Source: Antechinus flavipes (lineage: Eukaryota). From it: a stretch of DNA of 64,000 bases. How positions within the stretch are numbered: the stretch's first letter is position 1; each line of letters opens with the position of its first letter. A program made the position numbers and the translations under genes. The notes under the pieces are model-generated. The model made no database searches and had not been told where the DNA came from. It saw nothing but the letters and a program-made list of their open reading frames with translations. The DNA lies in NCBI RefSeq assembly GCF_016432865.1, contig NC_067403.1, positions 254,076,001 through 254,140,000 of the forward strand, in the 5' to 3' direction. Positions 1 through 12,000 of the stretch are shown piece after piece.

Positions 1-1190
1 CAGAGGGGAGAAGACTAGGGGAGGAAAATCAAAATGGCAGAGAAAAGGAAAAAAGAGAATAGGAAAAAGGGAAAGGAAGGAGATGATTTTAAAAAATAAG
101 GGGACAGAGGTAAGCGTAGGAAGGAGAGAATGGGGACAAGGGAAAAAGGAAATAAACCTTGATTAAGAGCCTATTATGTGTCTGACATGCGCTAAGTGCT
201 TTTGAGATATCTCCTCACAACAACCCTAGAATGTAGCCAATGCTGTTTTTATCTTTGTTTACAGATCAGGGAACTGAGGCAAACAACAGTCATGTCACTT
301 GCCCACAGTTAAGTAGGGTCTAAAGCCAAATTTTAACTCTCCATATCCCTGAACCCCCAGCTTCCTCATTGAGGGCGGGCAAAAAGGGAAGAAGGAGGAG
401 CAATCAGGGAGAAGAAGGGAAAGGAGGGTAGAGGAGAGAAGCAAGAGAGGAGCAGAGGGCAGAAAGAGGAGACAGGAAAGAAAAGCAATGGAGGAATGAA
501 GTAGAGAAAACAAGAAGGAAAAGAGAAAGGAAGAAGGGAACGGGGGACAGGGGAGAGAAAGAATGAGGGAAAGAAGTTAGAATGAAGAAAAAAATGGGGA
601 GGGCAAAAATGGAGGGGGAGAGACGGAAAGGAATAAGGGCGGAAGGAGGAGCAACAAAAGAGGAGAAGGAATGGGGGGCAGAGAAGAAGGGAGGGAACGG
701 GAAGGAGAAGAGGGAGAGAGGAGAAGGCGTGAGGCTGGAAGAGGAAGAGATGAGAGGAGAAAAGGGAGGCTGGAAGAGACAGGAAGCGAAAAAGAGGCTG
801 GAAGAGGGGGAGATGACAGAAAAGGGACTGGAGGAGGGGGCGACGAGAAGAAAAGGGGGCTAGAGGAGGGAGAGAAAAGGGGCTGGAGGAGGGGGAAGAT
901 GAGAGGAGGAAGGGGGGCTGGAGGGAGAAGATGAGAGGAGGAAGGGGGGCTGGAGGGAGTAGATGAGAGGAAAAGGGAGGCTGAAAGGTGGGGAGAAATG
1001 AGGAGAAAGGAGGGCTGGAGGAGGGGGAGATGAGAGGAGAAAGGGGAAAGGAGAAGGGAGGGAAATGGGGAGAATGGAGGGCTAGGGAAAAGACCGAGGG
1101 GGAGATCCAATGTGGAGCTAGAGGGAGATTGAGGAAAAGGCTTCATAAGGGCTGGAGGAAAGCTGGGGTGGAGAGAGCAGTGGGAACTTA
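1..1190. repeat. Purine-rich (GA/GGA) low-complexity tract with degenerate ~30-bp units
   Basis: Almost pure A/G on the + strand; repeated gagaagatgagaggaggaaggggggctggagg-like units at ~880-1030. The ORFs here are compositional artefacts. Confidence 0.9.
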
Positions 1191-1501
1191 GTATGGGGGC
1201 TCCCGGGAGACCAGGACGTTGTTCAGGGGTACCCTCCAAAATGTTTATCCGACATCGGAAGTCCCGCCCTATAATAAACCCCGCCCTCTCCGCGGCTTCG
1301 AACAACAATTGGTTGCCGGCGCTATCCTTCACCTCATGCGGCGTTCTGATTGGGCAGGGACGGCATCGCTCACCAGCGGCTGGACCGGCAGAAGTCTCCG
1401 GTCTCTCGGAGTCGGTCGTCTTCCCCCCCATCCCCGCCCCACCGAGAGACGGCCGCCCTCGGCCCCAGCGTTTTCCCAGCCTCATCCGGGTCGTCTCCTA
1501 C

Positions 1502-1600
1502 CTCCGCGTCGCTGTCTGCTGCCGCCGCCTCCGCCGCGCGGGCTGATACCGCTTCTTCCCCGGGGACCGAGTAAGGGAAACGCGACCAGAGACCAGAGGC
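1502..1600 (-). other. STX5: Putative non-coding first exon of syntaxin 5, in a CpG island
   Basis: CpG island ~1200-1900. Minus-strand donor CGCGGAG|GTAGGA (GT at 1501-1500). Identity rests only on synteny (STX5-TEX54-WDR74 co-oriented in human); no STX5 coding sequence is in the window and the 5' end is approximate. Confidence 0.5.
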
Positions 1601-1630
1601 TGACACGTCACCTAGGCGTGGCCCCGCCCC
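1601..1630 (-). promoter_or_regulatory. CRE/UPRE-like TGACGTGTCA and GC box at the putative STX5 promoter
   Basis: tgacacgtca at 1601-1610 (reverse complement TGACGTGTCA); ccccgcccc GC box at ~1622-1630. Confidence 0.4.
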
Positions 1631-2053
1631 CAAATGACGGCAGTGCGCCGTCACGCCCACTCGCCGACGCCGGTGGCCACACCCCCGCAACAGTGAGGGC
1701 CTCGCCCACTCGCCCGAAAGGATCCTTGGCCACGCCCCCTCACATCACCAGGCCACGCCTACTCGCCGACTTAATCCCACCCATAAGCCACGCCTCCCCG
1801 TAAGGAAATCCACGGCGCCACGCCCCCTTGAGTTACATCACCGCCTCCGGAGGACCCTTAAAGGGCTCGCGGAGGCTTCGGGAGTCCGTCGAACCAGAAA
1901 TCCTCCCATTTTACCCAGGGGAAACTGAAGCCCCGGCCCTCTTTCCTCCTCCCCAACCCCAGCCAAGAGTGAGGCAGGCACCATCTCTAGGCTCTAGGTC
2001 GCTACTTTTATTCTCTTCTCCGGGGGGCGGGGCAGGGCAAGGGTCCGCCTGGG

Positions 2054-2818
2054 TCATCGGTTTTCCTTCTCTTCCCTTCGTTTGGACAATTTTAGTTCTT
2101 CCAGCCGCTGCAGCTGCTCCTGCTCTGACTTCGACGGCTGCTCCACCACTTGGCTGCTGCGGGACTCCTGAGACTTCTGAACCGACACAATCTTCACCGT
2201 GGACGACTGTTTGCGCGTGGAGCCCCGACGGCTGAACATGGACAGGCGCCGCCACAGCACCGTGATGATCAAGCTCTCGTTGGACTTCCGCGACGAGGGG
2301 TGGTGACCGGAGCGTCCTGCAGGCAGGGAGGGGGCCGGGAAAGCCAGGTTGCGGGGCCCCCCGCAGGATGCCCTCCTCCGAGCACATACCCACCTCCCCA
2401 GCACATCCCCCACGCCCCTTTCCTAGGGCCTCCCCAGCACATCTCCCCCCCCGCCGAAGGCGTACCCGCCTCCCCAGCACATCCCCCACGCCCCTTTCCT
2501 AGGGTCTCCCCACCCCGACGGTGCACCTGCCTTAACCTGCGCCCTCCTCCCTATACCCAGATTGGGGTGCACTCACTACCCCAGCAAGCCGGACTGGGGT
2601 GCAGTCCCAGACCGTCCTTTCTGCGAATTGGCCTGCAGCGTCTCCACCCCGCCCCTTTCACCGGTACACCACGCCCCGCCCCGGGGCAGCCGTGCAGCCC
2701 CTTCGCCGGCCTGCCATAATGATTTGGCTCTCCCCTGGGCTCTACCGACCCTACCTTCCATTTCTTTCTTGGAGTATATTTCATCCTTACTCTTGTTCTT
2801 GGACCTGACACAGCCCAT
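2054..2818 (-). CDS. TEX54: Testis-expressed protein 54 orthologue, 2 coding exons, 108 aa
   Basis: Exon 1 2755-2818 (MGCVRSKNKSKDEIYSKKEME, donor GAAG|GTAGGG, phase 1). Exon 2 2054-2316 (acceptor ctccctgcctgcag|GA). Contains [23 protein letters not shown], close to the recalled human TEX54 core [23 protein letters not shown]. MGC start as in human; AATAAA at 2012-2007; syntenic position. Confidence 0.8.
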
Positions 2819-2879
2819 CACCCCATCACAGGCCTGGCGTCCAGGCAGCCATAGCCTCGCCCCACTACTGAGGCTTTTG

Positions 2880-2887
2880 TGACGTCA
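2880..2887. promoter_or_regulatory. Full CRE palindrome TGACGTCA in the TEX54 promoter
   Basis: Exact TGACGTCA 62 nt upstream of the TEX54 ATG. Confidence 0.6.
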
Positions 2888-3031
2888 GAGTCCTCCCCCT
2901 CCCCCCTCTCCCAGCCGGGAGCTGTCCCAGGACCCCTGGCAGGGACTCTCCCAGGGACCAGGCAGCTGGCTTCCCATCTACTCCCTCCCAGAGGAAGAGG
3001 CAGGGTCACAGAAGGTTGGAGACATCTTTAT

Positions 3032-6000
3032 TTATAAAGGGGGGACAGGTGAGGGGCCACTCAGTAGCTGTTGCTTCTTCCCTGCAGGTTGGGCTCCCAG
3101 GGGCTTCTGCTTCCTCTTAGCCCCAGCAACCACTGGTTGCAGCGAATCCCACAACTCATCGCTCTCTGTTTCTTCAGGGATGACTGGGGCAGGATCTTTG
3201 GGCTCATCCTGGTGAGTGGAAGGCAAAGCTTTAGGGCTGATGAGAGGCCCTCTCCCTCCCCACTGCCGGTCCAGTTGGGCCACTTTTAGTACTGAGGGGG
3301 ACCCACTGATCACATAAGTTGACAGCTTAAAGCTACAAGGGAACAGTGTCTGGTTCCTGATTCCAAGAGATCCAGGAGTAGGCACTATGGGGGCTGCCCC
3401 TCCACCCCAGCAGCTTTGGCTCCCTTGTCCCCGCTCAGCAAGCCCTCCAGCCGCCTTGGCTGTTGCCCATTCGCCCATTCCCACCAGACACTAATAAACA
3501 ACCGAGGTTGGGTGATAGTGTGTGTGCTCACCTCCCAGCTGTCCCTGCCTGACAAGAGGAGACAGTTCAGCCGTGACTTGAGATAGACCTGAAGGAGACA
3601 ATTGGGCGACGTGAGTGAAAATGGGAGTACGGCAAGAGCTGGAGCAGAATGGGGCAGAAGGGGAGGGGCATCACCTTATGCTCTAGCCCTCGAGGTTCCC
3701 GAAGTCGGTGTACCCGAAGAACTCTGTCCAGGCCGCAGGAGGCAAGAAGAGGCTGAGTGGGGTGGCACTGCAGCCCCCGGACGCTGCCCGCCAGACCTTT
3801 TAAGCAGCAGACCAGGCGCCCTGCGGGGGAGGGAGGGAGAAGGGGCATTTCAAGGAAAGTGATCAGAGCGGGTGCTTTCCTCTGCCCCACCTCCCAGCTC
3901 CTGTAAGCTCCTCCAGCCAACTCACCCTGCCGGAGGTCAATTTCTGCTAGCTGCCCATGGGTGTTCCCCACGACCACGGAGCTGTGGAAAGGAGCCCAAA
4001 GGGCAATCAGGGATTGATCCACATGAGCTGGCTCTGACTTGTCCTTCCCCCCCCCAGAGCCCACCCAGATCCCTGCTCCCATCACTCACTTGCCCCCTGG
4101 AGTGAGAGTCATTGCCATCAGAGGATACTCTCCATAGGTGGTTTCCAGCACAGGCCGCCGCTGTGGGGAGGCTGGGTCATACACTCGAACCTGGAAGGAA
4201 ACTGAGACATTAATATGATATGCAGTGGAAAGAGTGCTGGCCTTGGAGGCAGGAGGGCACGGCTGTCCCCCATCTTGGAGTAGGTGCCTGCCCCTTCTCT
4301 GGCATCAGTTTTCTCATCTGTGAACTGGGCCGAGAAGGGAAAAGTCAGATCTGTTCTGATATCTCCAGGATCCTCTGGGGATCCAGAATCTGGCCATACA
4401 GCCACACACTTACAACACTTTCCATCACCAGTCACAAAGTGGTCAGTGAGACCGGTCTTTGGAACCTGCCAAATGCCAGCCAGAAAGCTAGAGGTTTTGG
4501 GGAAAGAGCCGGGGCCATTCCATGGTGGATCTAATCAGGAAACAGGAGAAGGTGAGGAGTGGGGCAACCCAAGTCATAAAAGCACAACACAGCCCTCTCT
4601 GCAAGAGCCTCAGGCCTCAAGAGAAGGTCAGAGCCAAGGCAAAACGGAGGCAAGCTTGTGTTCTCCTAGCACAGAGCCTTTAGCTCAGGCTGGGGGAACT
4701 AGAAGCCGGGAGGCACCAACAGGTCCAGGGGGGCTGGATCCAGGCCGCTCCGCTCATTCAGAAGGGGAGGAAACAGCAGTAGGGACTGGTCGAGAAACTC
4801 AGTCTTCATCCTGTTTGTCATGAACCCCACAGAGGCCACACTGTACTGGAAAGATCGTAAACTGTGGCCAGGTGGGGATTATACCAAATATGTAAATCCA
4901 TTGTGGTGGTTCAAGATATGGAAGATTACCAGTGGAATAAATCATGTTAATAATATAAAAAAGTGTTCAGCAATAGCAGATGTCAAACTATATAATAAAA
5001 CAGTGGTAGATCAGTAGAATAACTTAGGTCAAGGGTCCTCAAACTACGGCCCACGGGCCAGATGAGGCAGCTGAGGACGATTATCCCCCTCACCCAGGGT
5101 TATGAAGTTTATTTAAAGGCCCACCAAACAAAGTTTTTGTTTTTATGATCGTCCGGCCCTCCAACAGTCTGAGGGACAGTGAACTGTCCCCCTATTTAAA
5201 AAGTTTGAGGACTCCTGGGTTAGGTACACGAGACAGTAGTAAATGACCATAATATCTAACATTTGATAAATCCAAAGATCCAAACTTTGGGGATAAAGAT
5301 CCATTCTTTGACAAAAACTGCTAGAAAATCTGGAAAATTGTAAAGCAGAAACTTAGGTATAGACCAACATCTCACATTATATACCAAAATAAGGTGATAT
5401 ACCAGAGGCAAATACGGGTAGTATGGGATAATTTTCCTCTAAGATCTATGCATAAGATTTAATGACCAAAGAGACACAGGTGTCACAAAATATAATTCTG
5501 ATTACATTAAATTAAAAAGCTTTTGCACAAACAAAACCAATGCAGCTAGGATTACAAAGAAAACTGAAATAGAGAGAGGCAAATTGAAACAACTCTGAGG
5601 TACCACCTCACATCTATCAGATGGACTATGGCAGAAAAGAAAAATGATAAATACCAGAGAGGATATGGGAAAATTGGAACACATAATGTACTGTTGATGA
5701 TGCACGCTGTAAACTCATCCAACCATTCTGGAGAATCACTTGGAACTAATCCTTAAGAGCTATAAAAATTACGGATGCCCTTTGAATAAGCAACGCTACC
5801 TACTAGGTCTGTGTCCCAGAGAGAGCATAAAAAAAGGATCCATATATACAATCTTATCAGCCCTTTTTATAGTATCAATGAATTAGAAATTGAGAGGATG
5901 CTCAGCATTTGGGGAGTGGCTGAACAAGTTATGAGTGTGACGGATTATTATTGTGCCACATGAAATAATGAGCAGGATGCTCTCCGAAAAACCTGAACTT

Positions 6001-9000
6001 TCACAAACCGATGCAGAGCGAAATCGGCAGAACCAGGAGACCAATTTACATAGCAACAACACTACTGTATGATGACCAACTGAGAATTAGTTGTTCTCAG
6101 CAATACAATGATCCTTTAAAACAATTCTGAAGAAATCATGATGAAAAACACTATCCTCCTCTTGAAACTTTTTCTTTTTTGGAAGGATAGTGGTGATAGT
6201 CTGTCCAACCTGTGTTTTCTTTCACAACATAACTACTATGGAAATATGTTTTGATTGCATAAGTGTAATCTATATAAAATTGCTTGACATCCTAGGAAGG
6301 GACTAAATGAAGGGAAAGAATTTAGAATTCAAAATTTTAGAAAATGTTAAAAATGACTGTACGTGGAACCAGAAAAAAAATTAAAAATATAACAAATACG
6401 ATATGATTATATCCATAAATGCCCAAATCCAAAACTCATTTCTACTAAAGACTGTAAAAACTATAGAAATAAGTGGACCTTTACCTTAAAATAGTATTTA
6501 AATCCAAGAAGAAAAACAGAGGTCTTTCCAGTAAGATCAGAAGTAAGGCAAGGATTTGTTGTCCAGTCTGACCCTTTGTAATCCCATTTGAGGTTTTCTT
6601 GACAAAGACAATGGAATGGTTTGCCATTTCTCCAGCTCATTTTAGAGATGAGGAAAACTAGGGCAAATGGGCTAAGTGTCTTATCCAGGGCCATACAACT
6701 ACAACTGTCTATGGACAAATGGGAATTCAGGTCCTCCAGCACTCCAGGTCTGGTACTCTTATTAACTGCACCACTTAACAGCCCTAAGCAAGGCTGCCAC
6801 TTCCCTCTCCCCCAGTACTATAGCTCTAACTTCAACCCTCAAAAAGAAGCCTTGGATTCTCTCAATGCTGGTATCCTCTCCTCCTCCCTCCCTAATGGGT
6901 ATGTTTTGGGTACTTGTATCCCTAACTTTGCAGAGTTACTGGCAAACAGGAGTTTAACAAATATGTGTCCCTCACTGATACAATGTTGGTGGAACTGTAA
7001 ACAAATCCAACTATTCTGGAGAGCAATCTGGAACTCTGCATAACCTTTGACCCAGCAGGGTTTCTTCTGGGCTTCTATCCCAAAGTTATCTTAAAGGAGG
7101 GAAAGGGACCTGTATGTACAAAAATGTGTGTGGCAGCCTTCTTTGTAGTGACTAGAAACTGGAAATTGAGTGGATGCCCATCAATTGGAGAATGGCTAAG
7201 TAAGTTATGGTATAGGAATGTTATGGAATATTATTGTTCCATAAAAAAAGGATCAGCAGGAGGATTTCAAAAAGGCCTGGAGAGACTGACAGGAACTGAT
7301 GCTGAGGGAAACGAGCAGGACCAGGAGATCGTTGTACATGGCAACAAGACAACTATGCGATGATCAATTCTGATGGACGTGGCTCTCTTCAACAATGAGA
7401 TGATTCAAACCAGTTCTAATTATTCAGTGATGAAGAGAGCCATCTACACCTCAAGAGAGAGAACTTATGGGAATAGAGTATGGAATACAACATAGCATTC
7501 TCACTCTGTTGTTCACTTGCATGTTGTTTTCTCAGGTTTTTTTTCTTCTTGATCATGATTTTTTGTGTAGCAAGATAAATGTATAACTATGTATACATAT
7601 ATTGGATTTAATATATATCTTAACATATTTAACATGTATTGGACAATCTGCCAGCTAGAGGAGGGGAAAATTTGGAATAAACGGTTTTGCAAGGGTCAAT
7701 GTTGAAAAATTACCCATGCACATGTTTTATAAATAAAAAGCTGTAATAAAAATAAAACCAAATATAGATCACTTGATTGGGAGATGAAGGGCCAGACCAT
7801 GTTAATAATACAACAAAATGTTTCACAATATCAAATGTTGAACTATACTATAAAACAGAGTTGTAGATCAGTAGACTAGGGTAAGTACACAAGACAGTAA
7901 TAAATGACCATCGTAACTGCTAGACAAGCAACTGTGCCAGACAGTGCAACTGGTCATTGGACTTAGCTCCTGCATGTAGGTGATTCCCATAGTTTGTATA
8001 TCCACTCTCTTACCTGGTGATGTCCAGTGCATGTCACAATTTTCTGTGACCCAGGAAGGAATTGGATGTCCTGGTCCCAGATGGGAACCCGGAGATTCAA
8101 CCAGTCATTTCGGACCTAGGAAGAAGACCCGTGGGTTAGACCCATCCCAGCTTGTCCAGCAGACAGTTCTATGGCCCCCATCCCGAGCATGCAGTTTTGA
8201 CATCCCCTGCCTGGAAGCCATCACTCACATTCTTAGCCTTGAATATGGGCTCCTGGGATGATGTCTCCAGGTCCCACACTTTGAGGGAATTCTCCTTTCC
8301 ACCAGTGGCCACTATGTGAGGTCTGTCAGGATCCTGGCGCATCCTGCACACTCCAGGACCCACACTGAGCTCTTTGACCTGGGGTAGAAGGGAACACAGA
8401 GAAAGGTAAGAGCCGATTCCTCCTGGTATCCCAGTATTTCCCAAGGGAAGCCAGAGAATCATAGAAGACAGGGCAGGATACCTGCCAGTCAAGAGAAAAG
8501 GGCCCAGATGTACAAAAATGTCTAAAGCAGCTGTTTTTATGGTGGCAAAAAATGGAAATGTGGCTTAACAAATTACAGTATGTGGATATAAGGGAATACT
8601 ACTGTGCCTTTACAAAGGATGAAGTGAACAGTTTCAGAGAAGCCTGGGAAGATTTCTAAGACTGAGACGTGGAATGAAATAAGGAGAATGGGGGACAATA
8701 TAATAACTGGGTTGTAAAGAAAATTGCTATGAAAGACTTTAAAATCGCTGATCGATGCCATGGCTAAGCAACCAAACTCCCTGAGGACCAATGAGAGATG
8801 CAAACTGTGCATCTTCTGACAGAGAGGAAGCAGGAGAAAGCAGGGGTTTCTGTGCCCATCTATGACGAGCGTTTTTAGCCTTACCCTTGGGGAAAGAGAT
8901 TTTTGTTCATAAAAAAAAAAGTTCTATTTTAAAAAAGAAACAAGGCAACTATTATGAGGCTGATGGAATTATCACCAGTTGGACTCTTCTGGGTCCAAGT

Positions 9001-12000
9001 CCCAAAAGGACTTGGAGGAGGCAGCTTCTGGGGCCTCCAAAAGAAACATGGCTTTATCCCAAGAAACCCCTTTCTTTATTATAGGCAAAATAGGACCTAT
9101 CATAGCAACATTATCCACAACAGTAAAAAGCAGAGAAGATCCACATGTCCGAACAAGTGGGGAATGACTGAGGAAACTTTTGTGCACTATAACTGCATTT
9201 TAAGAAGTGAACTGTGAAGAACAGGAAGCAATACAGGAAGACAAATGAGAGAGCCCAGATTGAATAAAGAAAAGAAAAAGGCACTGAGAATAATGATGAT
9301 GTTGATAATGAGAAATAGCAGCAAAATCCTGAAAGATGCACTAAAGAAAAACACGTTCAGAAAGGGAAACAGAATCCCCAGAATGATTGTGTAGCACTGC
9401 TTGTTAAAGTTAAGCCCCAAAATATGTTTCAAAAGAATTGTATGTGTTTCCCTATACCGGATTACTTGCTGTTTAAGGGTGGGAAGTGGGAGAAAAAATC
9501 TGGAACACAAGATTTTGCAAGGGTGAACGTCGAATAGGTATTTTGGAAAATCAGAAGCTATTATGAACAAAATTAGCCACATAACTGAAAAGTCACATAA
9601 GTTCACAAATTAATTTCACATTTTATGTGACCTTTTTGTTTATCTTCATATCTGCTTCTAATAAATGCTGAGCCCAACAACCAAAACGACTTTATTAAAT
9701 GAGTCAAGGCAAAGAAAAGCACTCACATGTTCAGAGGAGTCCTCGGGCCACAGGCGGAGAATTCCAGACTCCACGCAAGTGATGAGGCAGCTGTAGAATT
9801 GGGGGAGTCAAAGAGATTAAAGGTAAAACAGGTGGCAGCTGAGTCCCAGCAGGAAGGGAGCTGCTCTGTGCCCTGCCTCTTTTGAGCAGCTCAGCTCTCC
9901 ATCCTAAGTCACAAGCCTCAATCCCCTGCTTCTTCTTCCTGCCCAGTTCTAAGAAAGTTTCCCAGTGCACCCCTACATCCCAAAATAGCCACATGTAGGG
10001 CCAATCAAGAACCCGGTGCTAAGCAACAAAGCCCAGGATTAGGATCATCTGGGAGAGAGGGGGGTTGAATTCAAAGCTGCCAGAAGAGAGACAGCCCAAA
10101 CTGGAGATAGATTTAGAGGTAAAGAGGGGAAGAAAAGGTGGTGATCTGGGGGCTCTTACCCATCATGCTTTGCAAGCCCCCGAAAAGCTCCTTCTCCTCC
10201 TGGACAGCTCCTGCTCCTGAGGAACTTGCCCTCCTCTGTGCTGAAGGATTTCACAGTGCCATTGGCACAGCCGATCAGAATCTGGAGGGAGGGGGACCAG
10301 GCTGGATTCAATTCACCCAGACAAAGATTTTTCCCATGTTTCCTTCTCTGGAGAAAAAGGACTTGGAGGGGCAGCTAGATGGTGCAGCAGGGAGAGCACC
10401 GGCCCTGAGCCAGGAGGATGTGAAGTCAAATCTCAGACACTTAACATTTACCAGCTGTGTGACCCTGGACAGGTTGCTTAACCCCAACTGTCTTGCAAAA
10501 GGAGTTGGGACTCCCTTTGAATCCTGGGAATTTTTATTTAAGCCCCCTACTGAACGCAGAATTGCCATGCATAAAGCCACAATAATGGCAGACAGGATTC
10601 CTGACTTCACAAAATCCCCTGTTAAGATACAAGACAACCCGAACATATCATATGCCTGATTTTGTAAACGGAGACCCAGTGCAGGCTGAGGCTTCTCTGC
10701 GGCGTTACTGCTGGCAACAAAACCACTTCTCATCTTAGGTCAGTTTGGGGACTGATTCACCCGATTGTCCTGATTCCCCCAAATCACTAATGCTTATGCT
10801 CTCCCAGACAACCTGATACCATAACGGCTTCCCGTAAAGTACTTTGCAAACCTCAAACCTCAACGGCCGCTATCATTCCTGATGTAGTTATGAGCACGTA
10901 AAATCCAAATTGCTACCATTGCGGCTTTTATGTGCACGTGTATCCTCAGCACCTCGCACGGGCCAGCACAGCAGGTGAGCAACAAATATGTGCTCGGGAA
11001 ACTTAACCAAAAGGCAAACCAAGGCCCGTGGTTTCGTAGCAGGGGTGCCAACAGCCACTAAAGCAGGTCACAGCTTGCCTCAGGTTCGAGTCAAAGATCC
11101 AGAACTGAAGACAGTATTTATTTTATAAGAGCAAAAATCATAATTATCCAACATCACGGGGATGATGAGCGAGGGATCAAGCCTGGTTGAATTAAAGAAA
11201 ACGGACCTAGCCCCCCCCCCCCCCCCACACACACACGGGATGAAGCCGCCCGCTGTTTCTAACAAAAGCTTCTGTGAATATATGGGTCCCAGCTGCACCC
11301 CAAGGTCACCAACACAGAGGGATATCAACTCACTGGAGCCTGGGATTGGATAAAACCACCTTCTGAATGAGGTTAAAGAAGGGACAAAATCCTCTGCCTC
11401 CTCAAGGCTGACGGGAAGCTCGAGATAAGTTATGGGAAAATCTGAAACCTGGTTATCTAACTGGAGAGGAGGAGCTTGAACTTTTCAACTCCTGAGCTTG
11501 GACCCTCAGAGGAAAAGGCTTGGACTGGTTACAGTCGCAGAATAAAAGGACCTGCAGAGTAACATCAAAGCTACAAAGTCTCTTTGTTCTTTCCCCACTC
11601 GAGGCCCGGCCCGGAAGCGGGCAGCCGCCTTTCCAGCCTGGTAGCATGAGCTTTCTTCCAGACCCGAAGGGGGGGCTCGGCAGCAGCTGCCATCAGATCG
11701 CGGCTGTGGCGACCCCAGGGAGAACCTCCGAGAGGAGGCAGGATGGGAGCATCTCTTCCCTCTCCTGGCTCTCGCTGCTCCTTAGTCTCTCCTATCTGGA
11801 CCCTCCTCACAACTGTCAATCTATTGAGAACCCCAAAGGATTCGGCCCAAGCTTTCATTTTACAGACGGGAACCAGACCCAAGAGACCAGAAGGGAGGAG
11901 GTGCCGGAGGCCTGGCAGGTCGGGTCCCCTCTAGGTGCTTTGTCAGAAACAGGCGCTGCACAGCCCCTCCCCCCATATCCTCCCCACCCCCAAACACTTG

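Noticed and set aside
577-1485. 302-aa Ser/Pro/Leu ORF and overlapping Glu/Gly/Arg ORFs
   Set aside because: Products of the purine-rich low-complexity tract.
11083-11092. Pol III B-box-like GGTTCGAGTC
   Set aside because: No convincing A box, cloverleaf or T-run terminator; no tRNA called.
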